Below the pieces are notes generated by a model. It was given only the letters and a program-made list of their open reading frames with translations. It was not told the origin of the DNA and did no database searches. Both the position numbers and the translations under genes were made by a program. A stretch of 64,000 nucleotides of DNA from Thermoplasmatales archaeon. Its GTDB lineage: Archaea > Thermoplasmatota > Thermoplasmata > Thermoplasmatales > Thermoplasmataceae. Positions 38,817 through 49,856 of this stretch are shown here, one piece after another. The stretch lies in contig DAIDBH010000018.1 in assembly GCA_027310185.1 (NCBI GenBank), positions 244,228 to 308,227 of the forward strand, written 5' to 3'. The first letter of the stretch is position 1; every line of letters begins with the position of its first letter.

Positions 38817-39763
38817 ATTCGGTCCCTCCTGTACTGAAGGCTATACATGGACTTACTTCTGGAATATCCGTGAACTACCCTCTTGGTTTCCAGAAACATG
38901 CCTTTGCTGATAAAATATTCCATCTTTTCTTCTATTGTTTCCTGGTCTTCCACCATATAGATATTCAGCTTTCCTCCCGCAGTTAATGATTTTATAATTT
39001 CATCAAGAGATTCATATTGATTTACCGGGTTATTCATGATTATCCTATTGAATGGTCTCAATTCTTTTATAATTTTATAAGAATTTCCCTCATAAATATC
39101 AACATCCGATTGCAGTTTATTGATAGACAGATTATGCCTCAGCAATTCCACTGCATCACTGTTTATATCGCATGCAGCAATCCTGCATTTCCTTGTTTTA
39201 GCTATATTGAGTGTGAATGGACCGATCCCGGCGAACATATCAAAAATATATTCTCCATCTTCAACGTTCCTTGAAACCAGGTATCTCTCAGTTGACAACC
39301 TGGGTGAGAAGTATGCTTTCTTCACATTAACCTGCATCAGGATGTTGTTCTCCCTGTACATTGTTACAGGATTATCTTCCCCGTATAGGAGTTTAAGGTC
39401 CCTGAGTCTGGTTTCTCCTCTGATCCCCATATCAAGGTATATGGTTCTTATGTTTCCTTTTGATCTCAATATGAACTGTACCATGAAATTATGATCAATC
39501 CTTTTTCTTTCATGAATGATTGCTATGTCTCCTATGAGATCAAAGGAACCTGCATGCCCCTGTGGCATTATCTTCATTTCCCTCGGCTCACTCTCAAGTA
39601 TTATATTTTCTTCGTTATCTATGTTTTTGCTAACAGGTATGAGAATATGCTCTCCCTCCCTCCTGATTTCAAACTGGGGCAAAAAATAACCCTGTTTCTT
39701 CAGTCTTTCAAGTGCTTTCTGGGCATTATTCTTCTGAATCCTTACGTGAATTACTTCACTCAG
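38813..39763 (-). CDS. trm5: Trm5/Met-10-family tRNA methyltransferase (start probably CTG 39763)
   Basis: SFDLIGDIAI, G-TR-R, EN...YFSPRLSTER, DMFAGIGPF, DIN--A and IIMN motifs. Confidence 0.85.
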   Translation of the reverse strand: MSEVIHVRIQKNNAQKALERLKKQGYFLPQFEIRREGEHILIPVSKNIDNEENIILESEPREMKIMPQGHAGSFDLIGDIAIIHERKRIDHNFMVQFILRSKGNIRTIYLDMGIRGETRLRDLKLLYGEDNPVTMYRENNILMQVNVKKAYFSPRLSTERYLVSRNVEDGEYIFDMFAGIGPFTLNIAKTRKCRIAACDINSDAVELLRHNLSINKLQSDVDIYEGNSYKIIKELRPFNRIIMNNPVNQYESLDEIIKSLTAGGKLNIYMVEDQETIEEKMEYFISKGMFLETKRVVHGYSRSKSMYSLQYRRDRI

Positions 39764-41813
39764 ACGAATCACCCATAGCCTTTGCACTTCTTATTACGTT
39801 CTCTGCAAGAACTTTAGAAAATCCTCTCAGCATTGCTATACGCTGAATAGTTGAATTTGCAATATCTGATGGTTTTTTAAACCCGTTCTCATAAAGCCTT
39901 CTAGCCCTGACTCTTCCAATTCCCGGTATGGAAATCAAGGACATTATATCATCCCTGACACCCTCTTTCAATCTCAGGCTCAGCACATCCAGTGGATATG
40001 AAAGTTCCCTCCTGAACTCTGTAGCCAGTCTTGAGGCTGCCATTACTATCCATTCAGCAGAGGACTTTCTAGATTCTATATCCCCGGACCCCACTGAGTA
40101 TTTTTCCTCTATCTCATATATGGGAACCTCATTGATCCAGTCAAGCAGCAGCATAGCTGTCTTTCCTGCTGCCATATCATCCTCATCCTCCGGGCTCTCA
40201 GAAATCTCATCGAAAAAGGCGCTCAGTGCCGCATAGTCATCCCTATTTACAAAAAGTGTATAGATATCCGGCGTTTTGCATATGTTGTAGAGCATCCTGG
40301 CAACTGACATTTCCTCTTCGGTCTCTTCAAACATGTCGACGATGATCTTTGCAGTTTCTGGATCTATATACAGGTTTGCAGTTATAGTTCCTAGTCTTTC
40401 AGCCTTCAATATCTGGCCCTTTGCCTCAATGAAACCGTAATTTTCCAGATAGCCAATAACCTGATCTACATAGTCCTTTAATGTACCCTTCCCATTCTGA
40501 GATGCATAAAGTGTAGAGTCGAAGAATGTGTACAGCGAATCCATGGTGGAACAGAAGTGGTTGCTTATTAGGGCCAGAGTGTTGAATCTCACGATTTTTT
40601 CCTTTCCCATTGCCGAAACTACGGGCTCAACTCCATTTTCAAATAGATCCTTAACCTTATCAATGGCTCCCTGTGAAGGGCAGTATATGTAGGCCTCACC
40701 ATGATCATCATATTTTGGCCGGCCAGCCCTTCCAAGCATCTGTTCTATTTCCATGTTTGAAATGTATGATGAATAGCCATCGGAAAACCTTGTCAAATCT
40801 CTTATTATAACAGCCCTGGCTGGAAGGTTAATACCTGCGGCAAGTGTTGGTGTTGCAGTTATGACCTTGATCCTTCCGTCCTTGAAGTTTTCTTCCACGA
40901 AAGTTCTGATCCTGGTGTTGAGTCCTGCATGATGGAATGCAACACCTCTTTTGGCAATTCTGTTCACGACCTCTGTATTCCTGTCTCCATCCTCATTAAT
41001 AACATCGATGGAATCTGGAAACATTCTTTCATCCATCTGTTCACTTATATCCACGGCAAATTTTTCAGCCCTTTTTCTGGTGTTGAGAAAGAGGAGTACC
41101 TGCCCACCATCATAAAGAATCCTCCTTATAAGTTCATAAGTGTCCTTTTTAAGGGAGCCTACCTGCTGAAATTCATCATCCAGTAGCTTATCCCTGAAAA
41201 TGACAAATTTATTGAGTGGTACTGGCCTGAAATCACTCCTAACCACAGTTGCATCAAGCCACTCCCCTATCTGGGATGCATTCTGAAGGGTTGCAGACAG
41301 AGCTACTATCTGTATATCTGGATTCACAATCCTTGCAGTTGTGCAGAGGATTTCAAGAGTTGGGCCCCTTGTCTGGTCCCCAATATTGTGGATTTCATCC
41401 AGTACCAGTACCGCAATATCATTGAAATAGTCTGGATTGTGGTGCATCAGAGAATCTGCTTTCTCGGATGTACAAACAATTACATCGAACCTGTTTACTA
41501 TATCCGTCCCAGCATCCAGGTCTCCAACACTGAGAGCTACGGTAAACATCCCCTTTCCAATTGCCCTGAGTTCTTCAAACTTTTCCCTTGCCAGTGCCTT
41601 CAGGGGACAGATATACATGGATTTTAATCCCTTTCTGGCTGCCCTTATTATGGAGTAATAGGCTATAAGGGACTTTCCTGAGGCTGTTGGTACTGAAACC
41701 AGGACGCTTTTACCCTCTTCTATGGCATCAATGGATCTTTTCTGGTGTTCATAGAGACTTACATCCTTACCTGAAAAATAGTAGTTTTTAATAATATCCA
41801 TTGAGGTCTCCAT
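39756..41813 (-). CDS. hel308: Ski2-like SF2 helicase Hel308
   Basis: PTASGKS, DEIH, LSAT, FHHAGL, TPTLAAGINLPA and QMLGRAGRP motifs; C-terminal HhH GIGRVRAR. Confidence 0.95.
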   Translation of the reverse strand: METSMDIIKNYYFSGKDVSLYEHQKRSIDAIEEGKSVLVSVPTASGKSLIAYYSIIRAARKGLKSMYICPLKALAREKFEELRAIGKGMFTVALSVGDLDAGTDIVNRFDVIVCTSEKADSLMHHNPDYFNDIAVLVLDEIHNIGDQTRGPTLEILCTTARIVNPDIQIVALSATLQNASQIGEWLDATVVRSDFRPVPLNKFVIFRDKLLDDEFQQVGSLKKDTYELIRRILYDGGQVLLFLNTRKRAEKFAVDISEQMDERMFPDSIDVINEDGDRNTEVVNRIAKRGVAFHHAGLNTRIRTFVEENFKDGRIKVITATPTLAAGINLPARAVIIRDLTRFSDGYSSYISNMEIEQMLGRAGRPKYDDHGEAYIYCPSQGAIDKVKDLFENGVEPVVSAMGKEKIVRFNTLALISNHFCSTMDSLYTFFDSTLYASQNGKGTLKDYVDQVIGYLENYGFIEAKGQILKAERLGTITANLYIDPETAKIIVDMFEETEEEMSVARMLYNICKTPDIYTLFVNRDDYAALSAFFDEISESPEDEDDMAAGKTAMLLLDWINEVPIYEIEEKYSVGSGDIESRKSSAEWIVMAASRLATEFRRELSYPLDVLSLRLKEGVRDDIMSLISIPGIGRVRARRLYENGFKKPSDIANSTIQRIAMLRGFSKVLAENVIRSAKAMGDSSE

Positions 41814-42269
41814 TTATCTCGGATTTGAAAAGTGTTAATTAAGATTTATGAATTATCAGTCAGTAAAAAGATATTTGATCATGCATGCCATCAGATAGGC
41901 AAAGATTCACAGTCATATTGTCAGTTATCAGTATAAAAATCAGGATATCATTGTCACTCTGGGTTCGTTCAATCAGAAAATAGAGAAAGGTAACACTAAA
42001 ATGCGACGAATCTTTATCATTTTCATGAAAAATAAGATAACAAATTTAATGACTTTAACAAGTTTAATTGATTTCTTCACTCTCTTTCCAGATTACAGGT
42101 ACAATCTTTCACGCTAATGAAATCTATCGTTCGTATAGGCTTGTTAAAGGTCACTGTAAAATTAAGGCTCCACAAAAACAACATTAGTTGTTGGCATTAC
42201 AATACTGAATTTGTATTCTGTATCATAGTTCATACACATAAGAAAGGGATGATAATATGAAATCATAAA

Positions 42270-43211
42270 TTGGTGAAACTAATGAAATATCAAATTAGAA
42301 AGAACTGGAAAAAAATAGCATCATTAATTGTTGCGATTATAATAATAGCAGTACCAATTATTATTGTAAGAAGTTCGCATAGGAAAATTTCGAAATACGA
42401 CTGTTCATCAAAGGTCAATATAAACTACTCCAAGAAACTTGGATTTATGCCATACTTCACATTTAACCACATAATCATGAATGCGACATGCACTAATGGG
42501 TAAAGACATAATTACTTAAATACCAGTGTAAATGGCATCTTAAGCTCTAATTATGGTAATTCTCAGTTATCCACTACTATGTACACAGAAGGAAATTCCT
42601 CACCAAAATCAAATATAGGAGTTCAATTATGCGCCCCAAACGAGATCGGTGTTCCTGTCAGTATTTCACCAGTTGAACTCGAAAGAAAAGTAGCTTTTCT
42701 TTAATCTCTTACCAGTAAATGTGAATTCATCTCTTCCACAATTGCATTAAGCAAAGAAAATAACGGTTCTTTTACATTATGTCTTAGTTTTTCTGGCTCT
42801 ACAATTCACAGTAATAACATCAACCATGAAAACTCAATACCCATAAGGTTCTCTTTAGAAATATTCGTGAATAAAAATCTCTATACAAGATTCACGATAG
42901 ATACTCATGATGTTACAACATTTGAAGGCTCATTTAATTGTTCTAACGGGGCACAAGGCGTGTCTGCAATTGAAAACCTTTCTGGTAAGCTGTATCTTTA
43001 TGATCTAAACACATCTCTCCTATCTAAAGTAATATACATAGTTAACTACATAGGCGACTCATACAACTCAAATATATTTCAGACCAGTATATCCCCTTAC
43101 AATCAATACAAACTTGTTGAACTGGAAAATGGTGCACTTAAAACACTATATGTATTGCCATGGCAGGAGGCACTGCTAGGAAGTGTGATATATGAAAAAG
43201 TGCCAATTTGA
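42270..43211 (+). pseudogene. Membrane-anchored/secreted protein interrupted by two in-frame TAA codons
   Basis: ORFs 42270 and 42867 share one frame, broken only by TAA at 42501 and 42702; N-terminal signal-anchor KKIASLIVAIIIIAVPIIIV. Confidence 0.75.
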
Positions 43212-43454
43212 TCGGTGATGCCCAATAGGGACAACCACAAAGAACCTAATAAATGGTCAGGTTATTTATTTCATGCCATCCTGTCCAGACATTCGAGTCA
43301 TTTCATCAGGAACAATTTCTGGAACGCGATCGATCACGTCATCAAATCCACGGAACGAAAGGGAACAAAAATGACACTCCCAATTCAACAGGCACACAAA
43401 AAATGCATATCTATAAGAAATAAGTTTAGTAATGTTTAAAAATTATAATTTACA

Positions 43455-43970
43455 TCAGTCTTTTACGCTAACAATGTCTCCAAAGGCCTCTTTTAGCGTA
43501 CTTTCATATGAGTTGAAGACTTCATCAGGTAATTTTCCTCTACCTTCATAGCATTTCCTTACTAGATGGAATTTAAGTTTCTTTAGTTTCAAATCCATTA
43601 TGAGGTGGGGTAGCGTAAAAGGTGTTCCATTGGATAGTTCCACTCTATGAATGTCACCATAGGGTAAAGATACAAATTTAGGAGGTTGTTCCTTGAGAAT
43701 ATTCTCTATATTCTGTTCGATTTCTTTCCCTCTGGAGATATTGTCATCCACAAGTTTTATCAACTCCTCCTTTGTAACATTATATGTGGTTATTTCACCA
43801 GCAACTGGAACCATACGCAAACTATTAGACATCTGGGTAGTATAAAGATCTCTCCTCCTCTCTTTCCCACTCATCATCTCAAACTGGAGAACCTCACTTT
43901 CAGTAAAAATAAGGTAATACTGAGTATTCAAAATAGCCGCATTGTCAATTGAACCAATTATGGATGTCAT
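43455..43970 (-). CDS. Hypothetical protein (possible PH-like fold)
   Basis: 171-aa ORF with upstream TTTATAA; YYLIFTE...LPYGDIHRVEL...L pattern. Confidence 0.65.
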   Translation of the reverse strand: MTSIIGSIDNAAILNTQYYLIFTESEVLQFEMMSGKERRRDLYTTQMSNSLRMVPVAGEITTYNVTKEELIKLVDDNISRGKEIEQNIENILKEQPPKFVSLPYGDIHRVELSNGTPFTLPHLIMDLKLKKLKFHLVRKCYEGRGKLPDEVFNSYESTLKEAFGDIVSVKD

Positions 43971-44198
43971 AATTGTTATAAGTAAGTAAATTATAAATAT
44001 CTACTGGAAAAGTTAATCCTGTTTTGGCATCATCTAATGCTGCTTTGAATAAATAGGGAGGGGTGATTTTAAGTAACTATATGATCATTTAATTTTAAGC
44101 AATATTTCCTCCAGCTCTGATCGTTTACTATTACCTAGTAATCTGATCGTTGGAAGAAAAAAAATTTTCAACGCAACTTAAAGTAAAAAAAGAATAGG

Positions 44199-44840
44199 AT
44201 GAAAGGATATAAGGATCCATTGAACAGACCTCATATCATATTGAACATGGCACAGAGCATAAACGGCTACATTTCAAAGATTTCCGGAGAGAGGGCATAC
44301 ATATCATCGGAAGAGGACAACATAAGGGTGCAAACCCTGAGGAATAAATCGGACGGAATTCTGGTTGGTTATAGAACAGTCATAAAGGATAATCCCTCAC
44401 TGATTGCTCCTCAGAATGAAAACTCACGAAGGCTCATAATTGATCCACATTGCAGTCTTACTCAAAATTACAGGGTAATGGATGGAAAGAGGAGAACCGT
44501 TATACTCAATTCAGAAAAAAATAAGAAAATTGATGATAATATAGAATATGTATACTGTGGAAAGCCGTTCAGTCTTGAAAAATCACTGGAAATAATCTAT
44601 GAAATGGGTATTAGGTCAATGCTTGTAGAAGGTGGAAAAGTAACAGCTGAGTCATTTTTAAACAGGGGACTTGTGGATGAAATGTACATGTTTATAGGGG
44701 ACCTATTTCTTGAAGAAGGTGGAATACTTTCTCCAACCACAAATAGGGAAATAAGAAATGTTATACTCGATGTGAGGATTATGAAAGGTGGGTTGCTGCT
44801 TAAGATTGACCCATCAAAATTTAAGAGGGAAACGAAATGA
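44199..44840 (+). CDS. RibD C-terminal-type pyrimidine reductase (riboflavin pathway)
   Basis: RP-IILN-AQS-NG-I, LR---DGILVG--TV--DNP-L and LVEGG motifs. Confidence 0.9.
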   Translation: MKGYKDPLNRPHIILNMAQSINGYISKISGERAYISSEEDNIRVQTLRNKSDGILVGYRTVIKDNPSLIAPQNENSRRLIIDPHCSLTQNYRVMDGKRRTVILNSEKNKKIDDNIEYVYCGKPFSLEKSLEIIYEMGIRSMLVEGGKVTAESFLNRGLVDEMYMFIGDLFLEEGGILSPTTNREIRNVILDVRIMKGGLLLKIDPSKFKRETK

Positions 44841-46066
44841 AAAGTAGTGGATATATGAGGCTGGATTGGGCCAGAACACACATGCCTGTTGTAAATAGTA
44901 TAAGGGAAAGAATGATCAGGGAAAAGCCGTTCAAAGGAGTAAGAATCGGCATGGCACTGCACGTTGAGGCCAAGACAGGAATTCTTGCATTACTGATGCA
45001 GGAAGGGGGAGCAGATGTAACGATGTCGTCATGCAATCCCTTGAGTACAGATGATGCTGTTGTGAAATCCCTGAAAGAAGATTATGGGATGAAGGTTTTT
45101 GCAAGAAAGGGCGAAACTGAAGAAGAATACTACGAATATCTGAACAAGGTAATAGACAGTAAACCACAGATAGTTGTGGATGATGGCGGAGACCTTGTGA
45201 AGCTGTTGCACACGAGCAGATCCGAAATGAGAGATGGTGTTATTGGCGGTAACGAAGAAACAACTACCGGCGTGAACAGACTAAGGAACATGGAGAAGAG
45301 GGGTGATCTGAAATTCCCAATGTTCGATGTTAATGATGCACCAATGAAGCATCTGTTCGATAACAGATATGGAACAGGTCAGAGTGCCCTTGATGGTATA
45401 ATGAATGCGACAAACATACTTATTGCTGGAAAGAGGGTATCAGTTGTTGGATTCGGTTTCTGTGGTAAAGGAGTTGCACTGAGAATGAAGGGCATGGGTG
45501 CAAGGGTTGTAGTAACAGAAGTGGATCCGGTAAAGGCCAACGAAGCAACAATGGAAGGATATGATGTGATGCCCATCAAGGATGCACTTAAAGTTTCTGA
45601 CATGGTTGTAACAGTGACCGGGGTAAAGTCAGTTGTTGATTTTGATTCGCTTAAAGACGCGAAGGATGGTATAATACTATCTAATGCAGGTCATTTCAAC
45701 AATGAGATTGATCTTGATAAGCTGGAGAAGATGAGCAAGCAGAGTGAGCAGGTAAGGGATTATGTAAAGGGATACACACTGCAGAATGGAAAAAAGATCT
45801 ATGTTATAGCTGATGGAAGGCTGGTAAATCTGGCAGCTGGCCAGGGGCATCCAGTTGAAATTATGGACATGAGTTTTGCCATCCAGGCTCTGACAGCAGA
45901 ACATCTCCTCAAAAATCACAAGGATCTGGAGAACAAAGTCTACCCCGTCCCATTTGAAGTGGATCAGGATGTTGCAAAAATCAGGCTGGAAAGCCTTGGA
46001 ATCAAAATCGATGAATCAACAGAAGAACAGATAAGGTACAGTGAATCATGGGAGGAGGGCACGTGA
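44837..46066 (+). CDS. ahcY: S-adenosylhomocysteine hydrolase
   Basis: LHVEAKT, SCNPLST-D, DDGGD, EETTTG, KHLFDNRYGTGQS and GRLVNL---GHP motifs. Confidence 0.97.
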   Translation: MKSSGYMRLDWARTHMPVVNSIRERMIREKPFKGVRIGMALHVEAKTGILALLMQEGGADVTMSSCNPLSTDDAVVKSLKEDYGMKVFARKGETEEEYYEYLNKVIDSKPQIVVDDGGDLVKLLHTSRSEMRDGVIGGNEETTTGVNRLRNMEKRGDLKFPMFDVNDAPMKHLFDNRYGTGQSALDGIMNATNILIAGKRVSVVGFGFCGKGVALRMKGMGARVVVTEVDPVKANEATMEGYDVMPIKDALKVSDMVVTVTGVKSVVDFDSLKDAKDGIILSNAGHFNNEIDLDKLEKMSKQSEQVRDYVKGYTLQNGKKIYVIADGRLVNLAAGQGHPVEIMDMSFAIQALTAEHLLKNHKDLENKVYPVPFEVDQDVAKIRLESLGIKIDESTEEQIRYSESWEEGT

Positions 46067-47283
46067 GCGAAAAGAAACCTGTAGTACTCATAATAATGGA
46101 TGGTCTTGGCGACAGGCCATCCGCACTTCTTCATAATAGGACTCCAATGGAGTCAGCATATATGCCAAACATGAACAGGATGGCGCGAAATTCCATAAGT
46201 GGCCTCATGCATCCATTCAGAGAAGGAGTTGTCTGTGGTTCAGATACATCTCATCTATCCATCCTGGGGTATGATCCAGAGAAATATTACACTGGGAGGG
46301 GGCCATTTGAGGCTCTTGGTCTAGGTATGAAAGTAGAACCAGGAGATATTGCATTCAGGGCAAACTATGCCACGAGGGAGGGAAAAATCATAACTGACAG
46401 GAGAGCTGGCCGTATAGATAAAAGCACGGAGCAGTTGAGCAAAGATATCTCTTTCAATGTAGATGACGTTACCATCCAGGTTGCCTCAGGTGTTGAGCAC
46501 AGGGCAGCATTACTCATGAAAGGTTCTGGTCTTTCAGACAAGGTCAGGGATACAGACCCACATGAAGCTGGCAAGGAATATCACGAACCAGAATTTTCCG
46601 AGGAAGAGGGCAGAAAGACTTCATACATACTGAAAAATTACTTGAAAAAGATGCGTTCAATCCTTGACTCACATCCTTTCAATCTGGATCTGATTAGTAA
46701 TGGAAAAATGCCGGCAAATGAATTGTTGATTCGGGGAGCCGGGAGTGCACCAAAGCTTGAACCATTTGAGAGAAAATATGGGATGAAGGCCGGGTACGTT
46801 ATTGGAATTCCAATGATCAAGGGACTTGCTGAGATGATTGGGATGGAGAAGATTAATGTTGAAGGAGTCACAGGAAGCACAAACACAAACTATAAGGGAA
46901 AAATAAAAGCTGTAGCGGAAGAAATAGGAAATTACGACTTCATCCTGGTAAATATTAAGGCAACCGATGTAGCTGCACATGATAAGAATCCATTATTAAA
47001 GAAGGAGGTAATGGAAAGAATAGATGAAGCAATGGAACCCCTGGTAGGTCTTAGGGATAAGGCATTGTTCATCCTGACAGGAGATCACTCAACATCTTCA
47101 GTCAATGGTGAGCATACTGGTGACCCGGTACCAATCATGTTTTACAGTGATGGATTAAACAGGAGGGAAAGTGAAGCCTTTAATGAAAAGTCATGCTCCA
47201 AAACTGGTTTTTCACTGAGAGGACTGAATGTAATGGACTACGCTCTTCAACTGACAGACAGGCTTGAAAAATATGGGGCTTGA
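46063..47283 (+). CDS. apgM: BPG-independent phosphoglycerate mutase (archaeal ApgM type)
   Basis: DGLGDRP, GSDTSHL, YTGRGPFEA, D-A-HD and TGDHST...H-GDPVP motifs; GTG start at 46063. Confidence 0.95.
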   Translation: MSEKKPVVLIIMDGLGDRPSALLHNRTPMESAYMPNMNRMARNSISGLMHPFREGVVCGSDTSHLSILGYDPEKYYTGRGPFEALGLGMKVEPGDIAFRANYATREGKIITDRRAGRIDKSTEQLSKDISFNVDDVTIQVASGVEHRAALLMKGSGLSDKVRDTDPHEAGKEYHEPEFSEEEGRKTSYILKNYLKKMRSILDSHPFNLDLISNGKMPANELLIRGAGSAPKLEPFERKYGMKAGYVIGIPMIKGLAEMIGMEKINVEGVTGSTNTNYKGKIKAVAEEIGNYDFILVNIKATDVAAHDKNPLLKKEVMERIDEAMEPLVGLRDKALFILTGDHSTSSVNGEHTGDPVPIMFYSDGLNRRESEAFNEKSCSKTGFSLRGLNVMDYALQLTDRLEKYGA

Positions 47284-47377
47284 TACCCAGACATTAATGT
47301 AAGTTTACCGTTAATCACGAATTAAACAAACATTTTACTTCACAACATATAGCTTTGAAAGTAAATAAAAAAATTTA

Positions 47378-48724
47378 TTAAGATTTTGCAAGATTTTCCA
47401 CATCATTCGAAAGTTTCTCTGATCTTTCCTTGCTGGAAGAATGAGTGAAGAGTCTTATAATTGGCTCAGTACCTGATGGTCTTGCAAGTATCCAGTCATG
47501 CCCATTCCTCAATTTAATTCCGTCCATTAATGACACTTCCCATCCATTATACTCATTCTTGAGTCTTTCTATTAGAGAATTAAAGTCAGATTTAGCAGGA
47601 ATTGTCTTTCTTGTAATGTAAAATTGTGGAAGGGACCCTATCAGGGTTTTCAGGTTACTATTCTCTTTGGCCATTATGTCCATGATTATCCCAAGTGACA
47701 TGGCACCATCCCTGCAATATTGATGATCACCATAAATTATGCCTCCATTCTCCTCTCCACCAAGTCTCGCTTTTTCATGAATCATTGTCCTGGAAACTAT
47801 GGGTGCCCCAACCCTTGTCCTTATTACTGTTGCTCCTTCCGTCCTGCACACTTCTTCAAGCGCATCTGAAGAGCTGACCGGTGTTACTACTTTCTCTCCT
47901 TTCTTGATATAATATTTGACGAAGAGTGTTAATGTTTTATCTCCGTCGATAAAGTTTCCATCAGAATCAATGAAAACGGCTCTATCAGCATCTCCATCAT
48001 GTGCAATCCCAAAATCAAAGCCTCCTGACTTTACAAGATCTATTAAATATTTCAGGTTAGCTGGCTTTGGTTCAGATTCCCTTGATGTGAATAGGCCATC
48101 AGGGTTGGCATTAAGAGTAACAACTGTTGCACCCAGTCTTGAAAGCAATTCCGGAGTTGTAAGATATGCAGCTCCATTACCAGTATCAACAGCTACTCTA
48201 AACCTCTTTTCGCGGATCTTCTTAACATTTATCATGCTCATAACTCCATTGACATATAAATCGAACCCGGAATTATCATGGAAACTTCTGGCTATATCAT
48301 TCCATTTCGACACATTGAATTTTTTGGAGTAATATATCTCTTCAATTTTCTCTTCCTTTGTCCTCTCAAGCTCAGTTCCATCGCTGTCTATGCATTTAAT
48401 TCCATTGAACTGTGGAGGGTTGTGAGAAGCGGTTATCATCACCCCAGGCAATCCATGTTTCTTGCAATAATACTGGATAGCTGGTGTTGGCAGAACTCCA
48501 ATCATAACTGTTTCTGAACCTGTGGATAAAATTCCGGAGTTTACTGCATTAATGATCATATCCCCAGAGAGCCTGTTATCAGAACCTATTACTATTTTCC
48601 CATTGAAAAATGTTCCTATAGCCTTACCTATCATCATGCAGAATTCTGGTGTAAGATCCTCATTGGGAATTCCCCTTATACCATTGGTACCAAACAATCT
48701 CTTATTTGTAGCGTTTTCACTCAT
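47378..48724 (-). CDS. Phosphohexomutase (phosphomannomutase/phosphoglucosamine mutase)
   Basis: FGTNGIRG, TASHNP, DGDADR, GEENG and RPSGTEP motifs. Confidence 0.95.
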   Translation of the reverse strand: MSENATNKRLFGTNGIRGIPNEDLTPEFCMMIGKAIGTFFNGKIVIGSDNRLSGDMIINAVNSGILSTGSETVMIGVLPTPAIQYYCKKHGLPGVMITASHNPPQFNGIKCIDSDGTELERTKEEKIEEIYYSKKFNVSKWNDIARSFHDNSGFDLYVNGVMSMINVKKIREKRFRVAVDTGNGAAYLTTPELLSRLGATVVTLNANPDGLFTSRESEPKPANLKYLIDLVKSGGFDFGIAHDGDADRAVFIDSDGNFIDGDKTLTLFVKYYIKKGEKVVTPVSSSDALEEVCRTEGATVIRTRVGAPIVSRTMIHEKARLGGEENGGIIYGDHQYCRDGAMSLGIIMDIMAKENSNLKTLIGSLPQFYITRKTIPAKSDFNSLIERLKNEYNGWEVSLMDGIKLRNGHDWILARPSGTEPIIRLFTHSSSKERSEKLSNDVENLAKS

Positions 48725-48759
48725 AATACCCTATGGGCTGGTTCTATTTTAAAATTCTA

Positions 48760-49848
48760 TCACTTGTATAGACTGTATCTGTTTCCTCTCCATGTTATTT
48801 CCCTTTTTTTAGAACCAACAAGGAGATTCCACACATAGAAGAATGGAAGAACAATCTGTACAAGTACGTAAACAGCCTGCTTTCTTCGCAATCTTCTGAA
48901 CATCTTGATCTCATTCAGTACAAGGGGAAGGAAAAGGACCAGGAAGTAACCTGAGACAAGCAATGAAAGCAATATAGCCCCTATGAAAAGAAGTGCTGAT
49001 GAACCGTATAGTAATATTCCTATATAGTATGCATTCCTGCTTTTGCTCAGTAAGAGAGATGTCTGTCTTATTGACCATTCCCTGAAAACGGGCCAATCGT
49101 CCGGGGAATTGATGGTGGCTATGCTATCTGGAACATATGCCACCTTTTTTCCCTTTGCCTTACATAGGTCTGTTATTGCCATGTCGTCAGAAACTGCCTC
49201 AGAGAAATCGACCAGACTCTTTTCATCAAACAGGCCTTTCCTGAATGCAAGGGAGCCGCCCCATCCGAATACCGTAATATCAGACTGCATCATTCCCACA
49301 CCCACAAATCCCCAGGCTGTCTTGAACTTGGACCAGAAGCCATTTTTTGCCTCAAAGTAAGGGAATGTTGTTGATATACCGTAAGATTCATCGGTCAGGG
49401 GACGCAGTAGATTCACAAGCCAGTCTTTATCTGCAAGCACATCAGAATCTACAATTACGAAAGCATCATAATCATTAAATTTCCTCAGTGCGGTTGTTAT
49501 GGCTTTTACCTTTCCACTTCCTCCTGATTGGCATTCGTTTATAACGTATTCTATCTTATTGCGTTTGATATGATCAGCTGAAGGGTCATCTTCCGAATCA
49601 ATGACCGCTATGATCTTGTAGTTTTCATAACTTTGTTCTTTCAAGGACTTAAGGTCATCATCTAAAGAGTAATCGACACCTCTGCATGGAACTATTACAA
49701 GCGTTTTAAATTCTGGGTTTCCTAAGTACTTCTTCTTAAACCTTCTGGGAAGTGAAAGATACAGTTGTGCAAGAAAAATTATAACAATTAGCGCAATGAT
49801 AAAATAAAAAATTCCATCAATAAAATAGTCTAGAAATAGCTGGGTCAT
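48760..49848 (-). CDS. Membrane GT-A glycosyltransferase (GT2/ceramide-glucosyltransferase-like)
   Basis: N-terminal TM; VPCRG-D, GK--A, DSD, WGGS, SDD and W--RQ motifs; C-terminal W-G--Y. Confidence 0.85.
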   Translation of the reverse strand: MTQLFLDYFIDGIFYFIIALIVIIFLAQLYLSLPRRFKKKYLGNPEFKTLVIVPCRGVDYSLDDDLKSLKEQSYENYKIIAVIDSEDDPSADHIKRNKIEYVINECQSGGSGKVKAITTALRKFNDYDAFVIVDSDVLADKDWLVNLLRPLTDESYGISTTFPYFEAKNGFWSKFKTAWGFVGVGMMQSDITVFGWGGSLAFRKGLFDEKSLVDFSEAVSDDMAITDLCKAKGKKVAYVPDSIATINSPDDWPVFREWSIRQTSLLLSKSRNAYYIGILLYGSSALLFIGAILLSLLVSGYFLVLFLPLVLNEIKMFRRLRRKQAVYVLVQIVLPFFYVWNLLVGSKKREITWRGNRYSLYK

Positions 49849-49856
49849 TTTTATGT

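Noticed and set aside
42501-42704. Genetic-code reassignment of TAA in this genome
   Set aside because: TAA terminates many conserved genes in the window (ubiX, pelA, rrp41, alaS), so these are most simply nonsense mutations.
43215-43439. 74-aa ORF downstream of the pseudogene
   Set aside because: No motif or clear initiation signal; not supportable as a gene.
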